From NCBI GenBank assembly GCA_045616485.1, contig JAZLGU010000044.1, positions 897 to 64,896 of the forward strand: a DNA stretch of 64,000 nucleotides, in the 5' to 3' direction. Positions 55,717-64,000 of the stretch are shown piece after piece. The notes beneath the pieces were generated by a model, which was not told the origin of the DNA, did not search any database, and saw only the letters and a program-made list of their open reading frames with translations. A program made the translations under genes and the position numbers. Each line of letters begins with the position of its first letter. Position 1 is the first letter of the stretch. The DNA is from Lachnospiraceae bacterium (GTDB lineage: Bacteria > Bacillota > Clostridia > Lachnospirales > Lachnospiraceae).

Positions 55717-56928
55717 TCAGTCGTTAATTATTCTACCGTAATACATCTTGTATGGCGAAATAAAATCAATATCGGAAATACCGATGCCCTGGGTATTGGT
55801 AGAAGAATGAATAATTCTGCCTACACCATCATCATCTTTTCCCAGATAAATTGCTACATGGAAAACCTTGGTCTTATTGGCATAAAATACCAGATCTCCC
55901 GGCTTTAAATCACTTCTGTTAATCTTTTTGAATGACTTCTGCATATCTGCAGATACTCTGGGCATTTTGTCCAATGGAGTAAGATACTTTCTATATCCCG
56001 AATTATTTTTATATACATTGTCAAAAACGTATCTCACAAAACCTGAACAGTCAACGCCCTTGCTGGGAATATTACCTCCCCACAAATATCCTGTAGGCTT
56101 TCCACTGCTGTCCTTAAGGCCTTTTACCTTAATACCCAGATATTTCATAGCTTCCTCGCAGATAGCTACTCTTACATCACTTACATTGGTACCGAATTTA
56201 TAATACTTTTCAGCCCACTGCAGCTCATATTGCAGAGCTACATAGTCAAGAGAAACATAGCCTACTTTTTCAGTGTCATTGGTATCGGATTCCAGGACTA
56301 CTTCTACCCACAATTTATGCTTATCTTCGCTTTTATTTACTACCAAAGCCCTTGAAACTGCCATCTTTTCTCCGGCTTTAACCTGAGTAATCATGTCTGA
56401 AGACACAGATGGCTCTTTTCTTACATTAAGCGCATTAACATTCTTCTTTACTACAGCATAAAGGCTCTTAAGCTCATCAGCTTTTTCCTGAGCATCAGCT
56501 CCTGTAAGCAGCCACTTGGCACTGACAAAGCCTGTAAGCTTACCGGACTGAACTTCGTACCACTCTTCATTTTCTCCTGAGCTTTTAACAATCACGGGAT
56601 TAGTATTTTTAATAATAACAGCAGCATTGGGATAGAGAATACCTACTTTGTTATTACTTGTACCTGCTTTGGCTCTGATATTTAAAAGGCTTGTAACATT
56701 GGCAATAGCCACATTTTCATTGTAATTATTGGTGGCCTCAACTAAAAAAGGTACTTGACCCTCTTTTTCTTCTTCACTGTAGTACTTTTCAATGCCTTCG
56801 GATATGCCAGCCAGTCCCAGAGAGCCCTTTATTTCCTCACCAAAAACAGCCCTCGTCTTATTCACGGAGAATAAAATGAAGGCTAACATACATCCTAAAA
56901 ATACTTTACCAAACAAATGCTTACTCAA
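55717..56928 (-). CDS. secreted NlpC/P60 peptidoglycan endopeptidase with SH3-like domains
   Basis: Signal peptide; two LNIRAKAG / LNVRKEPS SH3b-like modules; catalytic GVDCSGFVRYVF and HVAIYLG. Confidence 0.85.
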   Translation of the reverse strand: MSKHLFGKVFLGCMLAFILFSVNKTRAVFGEEIKGSLGLAGISEGIEKYYSEEEKEGQVPFLVEATNNYNENVAIANVTSLLNIRAKAGTSNNKVGILYPNAAVIIKNTNPVIVKSSGENEEWYEVQSGKLTGFVSAKWLLTGADAQEKADELKSLYAVVKKNVNALNVRKEPSVSSDMITQVKAGEKMAVSRALVVNKSEDKHKLWVEVVLESDTNDTEKVGYVSLDYVALQYELQWAEKYYKFGTNVSDVRVAICEEAMKYLGIKVKGLKDSSGKPTGYLWGGNIPSKGVDCSGFVRYVFDNVYKNNSGYRKYLTPLDKMPRVSADMQKSFKKINRSDLKPGDLVFYANKTKVFHVAIYLGKDDDGVGRIIHSSTNTQGIGISDIDFISPYKMYYGRIIND

Positions 56929-56973
56929 ACCCGATACCCCTTCCAGTGTTTGATTTTCTACTTTAGTAGTATT

Positions 56974-58110
56974 CTATTTTAATTTAAAGGACATGTATAC
57001 CGGCTCGTGATCAGAATACTTAAAGCCTTCGTACATGTTTTCGTATTTTAATATTTCCACATTGTCAGAAACTATAAAGCCATCCAGAATAAATACCTTT
57101 GTAATGCCCTCTGTATAAGGCGCATCATTATCACGCCCTGTAGGTGGCAGTTTCTTTTTGTCATATTTATCCATGGCAAAGGACAGAAACTTAGGTAATT
57201 CTTTCCTCGGGAAAGGATAGGCCCAGGTACTGTAAGGCTCTTCATCCTCATCTAAAGATAAGTCATGATTAAAATCTCCGCCGCAGATTATATAATTGCC
57301 GCAGAGATATTCATTAGTCATATCATCAATCAGCATTTTAAGCTGACCCTCACGCACAGAATCATCACTGCCATAGGCAGAAAGATGAATATTGTATAGG
57401 CATAAGCTCTTGCCGCCATCGACAGGAATCTTGGATACTGAATAGCATCTGTCCAGGTCAAAAAATTTGGTAATGGAGTCCATAATAGGCAGCTCCATTC
57501 TTTTGGCCTCGCTCATAGGCAGCTTGGAAAAAGTACCTATACCTGCAGTAATAGTGCCATGAGGCTGATAAATAGGGATAACGTAGTAAGGAGACTTGTA
57601 AAGATTATATGCAAAGCTGTAGTAATATCCCATCATCTTTGAATTCATATAATCCAGCTGATCTATATGATAAGATCTGGTACTATCCCTGTCTATCTCC
57701 TGAAATATAATAAAATCAGGATCTTTAGAAAGAACCTTGTCCAAAAGTCCGTCTATATTTTTATAGACATCCTTTCTGGAGAAAGCCCAGGACTCATGCC
57801 CGCCATCCATAAAGAAATCAAAATCATCAGAATATGCACCAAAGCCTAAATTGGCAGTCATTATACTATAAGTCTTACCTAAGCTAAGCCCGGCATCAGA
57901 AGCTACACCGCTCTGATACTCTAAAGAAAGCTCCCTGTCTCCCAAGCGGTTAAAGGTAAGGTAAGCATAGCCTACATAGCCGCCTGCCAAGCCTGTAAGT
58001 ACAGCAAGTACAATAAGTACAATCTTTAATGCAAGTAGAAATTTATTCTTTTTCTTATTAACTTTTTTCCTGTTAACCTTTTTCCTGCTTTTCTTATTCA
58101 TATACCCCAA
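56974..58110 (-). CDS. membrane-anchored endonuclease/exonuclease/phosphatase (EEP) family protein
   Basis: Basic N-terminus followed by a TM helix. It has the EEP motifs FQEID, GGDFNH and C-terminal SDHEPV. Confidence 0.75.
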   Translation of the reverse strand: MGYMNKKSRKKVNRKKVNKKKNKFLLALKIVLIVLAVLTGLAGGYVGYAYLTFNRLGDRELSLEYQSGVASDAGLSLGKTYSIMTANLGFGAYSDDFDFFMDGGHESWAFSRKDVYKNIDGLLDKVLSKDPDFIIFQEIDRDSTRSYHIDQLDYMNSKMMGYYYSFAYNLYKSPYYVIPIYQPHGTITAGIGTFSKLPMSEAKRMELPIMDSITKFFDLDRCYSVSKIPVDGGKSLCLYNIHLSAYGSDDSVREGQLKMLIDDMTNEYLCGNYIICGGDFNHDLSLDEDEEPYSTWAYPFPRKELPKFLSFAMDKYDKKKLPPTGRDNDAPYTEGITKVFILDGFIVSDNVEILKYENMYEGFKYSDHEPVYMSFKLK

Positions 58111-58145
58111 AGCCCTTATCGAGCCTTATTATCCCCATATTTATA

Positions 58146-59156
58146 TTAGTCCCAGGATAAGCTGTAATGCTCTATACGCTTATCTCTGGAGAACAGATCC
58201 TTAACTGCCTGTTTTGTATCTTTATTTTCAAAAAGAATCAGATTGATCTGCTCCACAATAGGCATTTCCACATCATACTTGTCTGCCAGCAGCTTGGCAG
58301 CCTTGGCGCAGTAAACACCCTCCACCACCTGACCTACTTCCTTTAAGGCTTCCTCACAGGTCATGCCCTGTCCCATCAGATAGCCTGCATTACGATTTCT
58401 GGAATGCTTACTGGTACAGGTAACAATAAGGTCTCCAATACCTGAGAGTCCGTTAAAGGACTCAGCTTTGCCGCCCATTTTTATACCCAGGCGGGATATC
58501 TCTACTATTCCTCTGGTCATAAGAGCAGCCTTGGCATTATCTCCAAATCCCATACCGTCAGTAATGCCGGCAGCCAGAGCAATAACATTTTTCAGAGAGC
58601 CACCAAGCTCAATACCTAAAACATCCGGGCTGGTATATACTCTGAAAAAATCATTCATAAAAGTGTCCTGAATAAGGCGGGCTGTTGCCTCCCTTTCAGC
58701 TCCTATTACTATAGTAGTAGGCATCTTTAATGACACTTCCTCAGCATGAGTAGGACCTGAAAGCACACATACCTGGGCATCACTAAGCTCATCCTTTATA
58801 ACATCGCAAAGTGTGAAAAGAGTACTCTCTTCAATACCCTTGGCCACATTGACAATAATCTGATCCTTGGGAATAAGTCCCTTAAGCCTGTTAGCTGTCT
58901 TACGAACAAAAATAGATGCTACCGCAAATACTATAATCTCCGGCTGTTCTGACAAAGCATCATCAATATCAGCAGTAAGCTTTACGGAATCAGGTAAAAC
59001 AGCACCGGGCAGATTCTTAATAGCAGCTCTGTCAGCCTTAAGTCCTTCTATTTCTTTTGCTACAGCACTCCAAAGTGTAACCTTGTGTCCATTTGTAGCC
59101 AGTAATATTGTAAGAGCTGTACCCCAGGTACCTGCTCCCAAAACAGTTATATTCAT
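58146..59156 (-). CDS. gpsA: NAD(P)H-dependent glycerol-3-phosphate dehydrogenase
   Basis: GAGTWGTAL Rossmann motif, KGIE, NRN.GY.LG. Confidence 0.95.
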   Translation of the reverse strand: MNITVLGAGTWGTALTILLATNGHKVTLWSAVAKEIEGLKADRAAIKNLPGAVLPDSVKLTADIDDALSEQPEIIVFAVASIFVRKTANRLKGLIPKDQIIVNVAKGIEESTLFTLCDVIKDELSDAQVCVLSGPTHAEEVSLKMPTTIVIGAEREATARLIQDTFMNDFFRVYTSPDVLGIELGGSLKNVIALAAGITDGMGFGDNAKAALMTRGIVEISRLGIKMGGKAESFNGLSGIGDLIVTCTSKHSRNRNAGYLMGQGMTCEEALKEVGQVVEGVYCAKAAKLLADKYDVEMPIVEQINLILFENKDTKQAVKDLFSRDKRIEHYSLSWD

Positions 59157-59178
59157 ATCTATAAACCAAAACCTTTAT

Positions 59179-59889
59179 TTATTTATTTTTCTTTGGACCA
59201 AAAGAAAATCTGTTCTCGTTATGATTTTTAAGTCTCTTAATATTGCTTCTGTGATTATATACACAAAGCACCGTAAATATCCAGGTAAAGCAGGACATGG
59301 CAATCCATATATTTTGATTAAAAGAGCCATAATCAAAAATATCACCATGACCGCCATAGCTAAAGTAGCCCTGAACAAGTACAAAAAGAGGGAAAAGTAA
59401 GGATGCTACCATGGAGGCAATACTCATATACTTTGTAATAAATATGGTAAGGGCAAAAATGGCAAATCCGCCTACTGCCAGCCTCCAGTCATATAAAAGC
59501 ATGCAGGCTCCCATACAGGCCACTCCCTTTCCACCTTTGAATTTAAGATAAAAAGGAAACATATGACCAAGTACAGCGCCAAAGCCTACCAAAAGTACCA
59601 GGAGCTGATTCATCTGAGACATGGCCGGATACTGCTGGAAGAATAAAAATCTAACCAGCAAAATAGGCAGCATAGTCTTAAACAGGTCAATAAACAGAGT
59701 AATAAATCCGGCTTTAGGCCCCATTACTCTAAGAACATTTGTTGCTCCTGTATTGCCACTTCCCTGATGCTTGATATCAACATTGCCTTTTTTGGCTACT
59801 ATCGTACCTGATGAAAAACATCCGCATATATAGCCTATAACAATACAGAAAATCACCTGTAAAGGAATCATATCAATAAACAACTGCAT
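59179..59889 (-). CDS. plsY: glycerol-3-phosphate acyltransferase PlsY
   Basis: GSGNTGATNVLR and FKGGKGVA motifs; polytopic; located between der and gpsA. Confidence 0.9.
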   Translation of the reverse strand: MQLFIDMIPLQVIFCIVIGYICGCFSSGTIVAKKGNVDIKHQGSGNTGATNVLRVMGPKAGFITLFIDLFKTMLPILLVRFLFFQQYPAMSQMNQLLVLLVGFGAVLGHMFPFYLKFKGGKGVACMGACMLLYDWRLAVGGFAIFALTIFITKYMSIASMVASLLFPLFVLVQGYFSYGGHGDIFDYGSFNQNIWIAMSCFTWIFTVLCVYNHRSNIKRLKNHNENRFSFGPKKNK

Positions 59890-61223
59890 TACTTCTTTTC
59901 CTCTTCGTTTCTTTCGCGAATAATAAACTTAATGGATGTGCCGGCAAAGCCAAAGGCCTCACGAATCTTATTTTCTATATAACGTACATAAGAGAAATGC
60001 ATGATTTTCTTATTATTAACGAAAATAACGAAAGTTGGCGGCTTAACTGCAACCTGAGTAATATAAAAGAGCTTAAGTCTTCTGCCCTTGTCTGAAGGTG
60101 GCTGCTGCAAAGCTACTGCCTGCATCATAACCTCATTCAGGACACCTGTACCTACGCGCTTATTCTGATTGTCAATAACAGTCTCGATATGTTCAAAGAT
60201 TTTATTGACTCTCTGACCTGTCTTAACTGAAATAAACAGGATATCAGCATAAGGAATAAAGGAAAGAACTTCCCTGATCTTTTCAGTCTGTTTATAGATG
60301 GTCTTATCGTCCTTATCCTCTACAGCGTCCCATTTGTTAACAGCGATGATAATACCCTTACCTGCATCATGGGCAATACCTGCGATCTTGGCGTCCTGCT
60401 CTGTGACACCTTCTGTCGCATCAATAAGAACGATGCAGACATCACATCTTTCTACGGCTGCAACAGTACGTACCATCATAAAATGCTCAATATCCGTATT
60501 GATTTTAGCATGTTTACGAAGACCTGCCGTATCTATAAATACATAATCTTTCTCATTGTAGGTAACCTGAGTATCAATGGCGTCTCTGGTAGTGCCTGCT
60601 ATATCAGATACAATAACTCTGTCTTCACCCAGAAGTCTGTTAACCAGTGAGCTCTTACCTACATTAGGCTTACCTACTATGGCAACACGAGGTCTGGTAT
60701 CCTCTTCTTCAGCATCCATGGAGCCCTGAGTCACTGAAAGTACCGCATCCAAAAGATCACCAAAGCCCAGTCTGTTAACTGATGAAACTGGAATAGGATC
60801 ACCTATACCCAGATTGTAGAACTCGTAAGTATCATTTATAAATTTATTGAAATCATCTACTTTGTTGGCACAAAGAACTACAGGCTTGCCGCTTCTTCTA
60901 AGAATATCTGCCACATTGTAGTCACTGTCTACCAGGCCCTGCTTGGTATCTACCACAAAAATGATACAGTCAGCAGTATCGATAGCCACCTGAGCCTGAG
61001 CTCTCATGTAAGAAAGCATCATATCTCCGTTGTCCGGCTCGATACCACCTGTATCTATAAGTGTGAACTGCTTATCCAGCCATGTGATATCTGCATATAT
61101 TCTATCCCTGGTAACACCAGGAGTGTCTTTTACTATTGAAATTCTTTCGCCTGCAAGAGCGTTAAACAATGTCGACTTACCAACATTAGGGCGTCCAACC
61201 ACAGCGATAATCGGTTTACTCAT
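59889..61223 (-). CDS. der: ribosome-biogenesis GTPase Der (EngA)
   Basis: Tandem G domains (GRPNVGKST and GKPNVGKSS) plus a KH-like C-terminus. Confidence 0.95.
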   Translation of the reverse strand: MSKPIIAVVGRPNVGKSTLFNALAGERISIVKDTPGVTRDRIYADITWLDKQFTLIDTGGIEPDNGDMMLSYMRAQAQVAIDTADCIIFVVDTKQGLVDSDYNVADILRRSGKPVVLCANKVDDFNKFINDTYEFYNLGIGDPIPVSSVNRLGFGDLLDAVLSVTQGSMDAEEEDTRPRVAIVGKPNVGKSSLVNRLLGEDRVIVSDIAGTTRDAIDTQVTYNEKDYVFIDTAGLRKHAKINTDIEHFMMVRTVAAVERCDVCIVLIDATEGVTEQDAKIAGIAHDAGKGIIIAVNKWDAVEDKDDKTIYKQTEKIREVLSFIPYADILFISVKTGQRVNKIFEHIETVIDNQNKRVGTGVLNEVMMQAVALQQPPSDKGRRLKLFYITQVAVKPPTFVIFVNNKKIMHFSYVRYIENKIREAFGFAGTSIKFIIRERNEEEKK

Positions 61224-62532
61224 TAATAATATCCTCCACTAATGAACTTCCTTGGGATTTTACAATACCTACCGGCTTTTGTAAAGATTTTTCAAGATCT
61301 GATACTGTATAGTCATCCAGAAAAACATCTTCACCGGTACGAAGACAAACACAGGGTAAAAGCAGCTTGTCTCCTATATCTTTTCCTTTTAGCTGTTCAT
61401 TTATATCTGTATAGGTAAGAAGACCTGCTACAGTAATACTGTCCCCAAAGAAATTGTTAATGATCTCGTATACATTAACATCTATATTGGGGAACTTGGC
61501 CTTTATTTTCTCTACCTGCTTTTTAATAATGGGATAGGCTAAAGCCCCTGTAGCTATGGAAAGATGACGCTTTCTGTCATCTCCTGAAAGTGACTCCAGG
61601 GCCTCATCCACTTCATACTCTAAAAGTCTCACCATGCCCACGCCATTGCCTATCTGAGGGTATTCCTCATAGGCTTCTGCAGGCGGTATGGGCAGCTCTG
61701 CTTTCAAATACCATTCATCACTGGCATATACGAATCTGGTGCCAAATGCAGCTAAGAATTTTTTCTGATATTTTTCTATCTGTTTTATAAGCTTTATGGA
61801 ATCTTCTTTGTCAAAAGGCTCCAGTGCCGTCAGCTTTTCTCTGTACTTTGTAAGTCCTACAGGTACTACAGATACGCTCTTCATGTACTTTATATACATG
61901 GAAAGATCTGTGATGGTACGGTCCAGCTCTTCACCGTCATTATAGCCTTTACATAGAACCACCTGGCCATTCATCTCAATGCCGGCCTCATAAAGCATGG
62001 TAAGATAATCCAGGATCTTGCCTGCAAAGCGATTTTTAAGCATCTTACAACGCAGCTCAGGATTGGTAGTATGAACAGATACATTGATAGGTGAAAGATT
62101 ATAAGATATAAGTCTTTTTATATCTTCTTCTTTCATATTGGTCAGCGTTACATAATTGCCCTGAAGGAAAGAAAGACGGGTATCATCATCTTTAAAATAA
62201 ATGGTCTCTCTCATCCCATCAGGATTCTGATCAATAAAGCAGAAAATGCAGCCATTACTGCATCTGGAGTACTTGTCCATAAGACCTTCCTCAAAAACAA
62301 GGCCCAGGTCTTCTTCAGCATCCTTTTCAATCTCCAGCTCCCACTCTTCACCGTCCGGCTTTCTGATAAGCACAACAATTTCTTCAGCATCAGTTAAAAA
62401 CTGATAGTCGAAAATGTCATTAACGGGCTTATCATTAATGGAAACCAGCTCATCTCCCGGCTCGATTTCCATTTCTTCAGCAATCGAGCCCTGAATTATG
62501 CTTTTTATAAATTGTGTTTTCTTACACTCCAT
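61216..62532 (-). CDS. DUF512-family protein with N-terminal PDZ domain (radical-SAM-like)
   Basis: PDZ-like GSIAEEMEIEPGDELVSIND; CSNGCIFCF Cys cluster; conserved position upstream of der in Clostridia. Confidence 0.7.
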   Translation of the reverse strand: MECKKTQFIKSIIQGSIAEEMEIEPGDELVSINDKPVNDIFDYQFLTDAEEIVVLIRKPDGEEWELEIEKDAEEDLGLVFEEGLMDKYSRCSNGCIFCFIDQNPDGMRETIYFKDDDTRLSFLQGNYVTLTNMKEEDIKRLISYNLSPINVSVHTTNPELRCKMLKNRFAGKILDYLTMLYEAGIEMNGQVVLCKGYNDGEELDRTITDLSMYIKYMKSVSVVPVGLTKYREKLTALEPFDKEDSIKLIKQIEKYQKKFLAAFGTRFVYASDEWYLKAELPIPPAEAYEEYPQIGNGVGMVRLLEYEVDEALESLSGDDRKRHLSIATGALAYPIIKKQVEKIKAKFPNIDVNVYEIINNFFGDSITVAGLLTYTDINEQLKGKDIGDKLLLPCVCLRTGEDVFLDDYTVSDLEKSLQKPVGIVKSQGSSLVEDIINE

Positions 62533-62545
62533 TACTTAAAAATCC

Positions 62546-62908
62546 TTAGTATAAACAAAATGCATTTTTTTCCCAGGTGATTTCATCTCCTAAAATGGAG
62601 ATTGCATCGAATCTCACATTCGTCTGGGGCGGGTATTTTTTATAGTTAAGGTAGACCTTGGCGCCTTTTATAATTTTGTTCCTTTTAGCCATGGTAATAG
62701 CCGAAAGAGGATGACCTGACGCCAGATCTTTTCTTGCCTTTACTTCTATAAAACAAAGATACTCTTCATTCATAAATTTATCTGTGGCTATAATATCTAT
62801 TTCGCCGCCTTTATAAAAGAAGTTCTTCTCGATTACATGACCTCCATGCTGAGCTATGTAATCAGAGGCTATATCTTCATATTTTCTCCCTTTTGCACGT
62901 GTATCCAC
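62546..62908 (-). CDS. yraN: YraN-family (UPF0102) endonuclease-like protein
   Basis: GEIDIIA....L.FIEVKAR PD-(D/E)xK motif, 120 aa. Confidence 0.85.
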   Translation of the reverse strand: MDTRAKGRKYEDIASDYIAQHGGHVIEKNFFYKGGEIDIIATDKFMNEEYLCFIEVKARKDLASGHPLSAITMAKRNKIIKGAKVYLNYKKYPPQTNVRFDAISILGDEITWEKNAFCLY

Positions 62909-63957
62909 TAAGCTGTACGACCTTTCATAACCAAATCTTTTAAATGCTGCCTGTCAGCTTCACATATGATTTTGATATCGGAATATGCAGGGTCGCTAAG
63001 GTCAATACAGTTGGTATTGGCCAGATCTGAAAGCCAGGGCCTTGCCAGATCGGAATTCTGACATACTACCCGTCTTATGGCATTATCAGAGCAGTATACC
63101 AGTGCTCCTGTTGGAAACATAACAAGAATCTGCTTAAAGGCCTCAAATATATCAGGGGCAAAGCATTCGCTCATCTGTAACATCTCGGACACGGCTTCTC
63201 TGGGAGTAATAGCATCTTTATATGCTCTTTTTGATACCAGTGCATCATATACATCGGCAATCATAAGAATCTGGGCAAATAACGGAATACTGTCACCTGA
63301 CAGATGATTTCTGTAGCCTGTACCATTAAATCTTTCATGATGGCATAATATCCCCATCTTTACATCCTGAGACAGATTTCTATCACCTTTTATAGCTTCA
63401 AAACTGTCTCTGGGATGCTTCTTCACAATATCAAATTCATATTTTGTAAGCTTTCCGGGCTTATTTAATATCTCAAAAGGCACCTTTTTTTTGCCAATGT
63501 CATGAAGCATACCGGCTATGGTAATGTCCTGAACAGCCTCTGTGGGCATATTTAACTTTTTAGCAAGAATACCTGCTAAATAGGCTACATCAAAAGAATG
63601 CTTGTAGATATATTCATCGGAGATCTTAATCTCATTCATGGCAACAAAGCCATTATTCTGGCTGTCATAGATAAGGGCAGAAATAATCTTGCTGGCATCT
63701 ATGCAGCAGTCTACCACATCCTTCTCGGTATCCTTGTCAAAGATATACTTCATGGATCTGAGAAGCTCTACTTTAATACGATCATCCACCTTGTAGGTCA
63801 TGTCGCCGGGAGCAGATGAGCCTTTAACAAAGCGCCCCTTTCCCTGCTGCTTAACTGTCTCTACATCACCGAAATTCTCCATATCTTCCGGCCGCATAAA
63901 CATAAGCGCAGCTTCCATGTCATCAATCTCTCGCACCACTCTGATACGACTAAACAT
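62908..63957 (-). CDS. HD-GYP domain protein (cyclic-di-GMP phosphodiesterase-like)
   Basis: H..VA, LHDIGKKKVP, HHERFNGTGY (GYP-like), ADVYDAL. Confidence 0.8.
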   Translation of the reverse strand: MFSRIRVVREIDDMEAALMFMRPEDMENFGDVETVKQQGKGRFVKGSSAPGDMTYKVDDRIKVELLRSMKYIFDKDTEKDVVDCCIDASKIISALIYDSQNNGFVAMNEIKISDEYIYKHSFDVAYLAGILAKKLNMPTEAVQDITIAGMLHDIGKKKVPFEILNKPGKLTKYEFDIVKKHPRDSFEAIKGDRNLSQDVKMGILCHHERFNGTGYRNHLSGDSIPLFAQILMIADVYDALVSKRAYKDAITPREAVSEMLQMSECFAPDIFEAFKQILVMFPTGALVYCSDNAIRRVVCQNSDLARPWLSDLANTNCIDLSDPAYSDIKIICEADRQHLKDLVMKGRTA

Positions 63958-64000
63958 ACGATTGATTTTACCTACTCTGTCTTCACTTACAGTCAGGCCT

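Overview
This window looks like a low-GC Firmicute of class Clostridia. The gene order and protein motifs look Lachnospiraceae-like, but that is inference only, with no database search. About 58 kb of the window is conserved housekeeping sequence. It includes aspartate aminotransferase, proC, a Nudix hydrolase, pdp, scpA and scpB. It also holds a SWIM/SNF2 helicase, the radical-SAM TIGR03960/TIGR03936 pair with RNase G, the rplU-prp-rpmA-obg-yhbY-yqeK-rsfS block, and a long minus-strand run. That run carries rluD, lspA, divIVA, ylmH, sepF, ylmE, mgsA, rodA, minEDC, PBP2, mreDCB, radC, miaA, mutL, mutS, gpsA, plsY, der, yraN and an HD-GYP gene. No rRNA, tRNA or CRISPR array was seen. The standout is an AT-rich accessory segment at about 1.0-6.05 kb. 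It holds three tightly packed genes: a DUF2971-like protein, a CheR-type SAM methyltransferase, and a 643-aa asparagine-synthetase-like enzyme that lacks the N-terminal Cys nucleophile. These are followed by four short ORFs of 44-49 aa, too short for the supplied ORF track. The short ORFs form a duplicated alpha/beta cassette, each with a strong RBS, a conserved leader-like N-terminus and a substitution pattern consistent with purifying selection. I read this as a RiPP-type (lasso-like) biosynthetic cluster with an atypical gene set. It has no recognisable leader peptidase, RRE or exporter. It has paired precursor types, and the position of the invariant Asp predicts an unusual ring. A second, smaller accessory islet at 27.2-31.4 kb holds a tyrosine recombinase, a BlaI-family repressor coupled to an LRR lipoprotein, and an AAA ATPase. 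All functional calls rest on hand-recognised motifs and synteny. Coordinates for small ORFs, hairpins and promoters were counted by hand.
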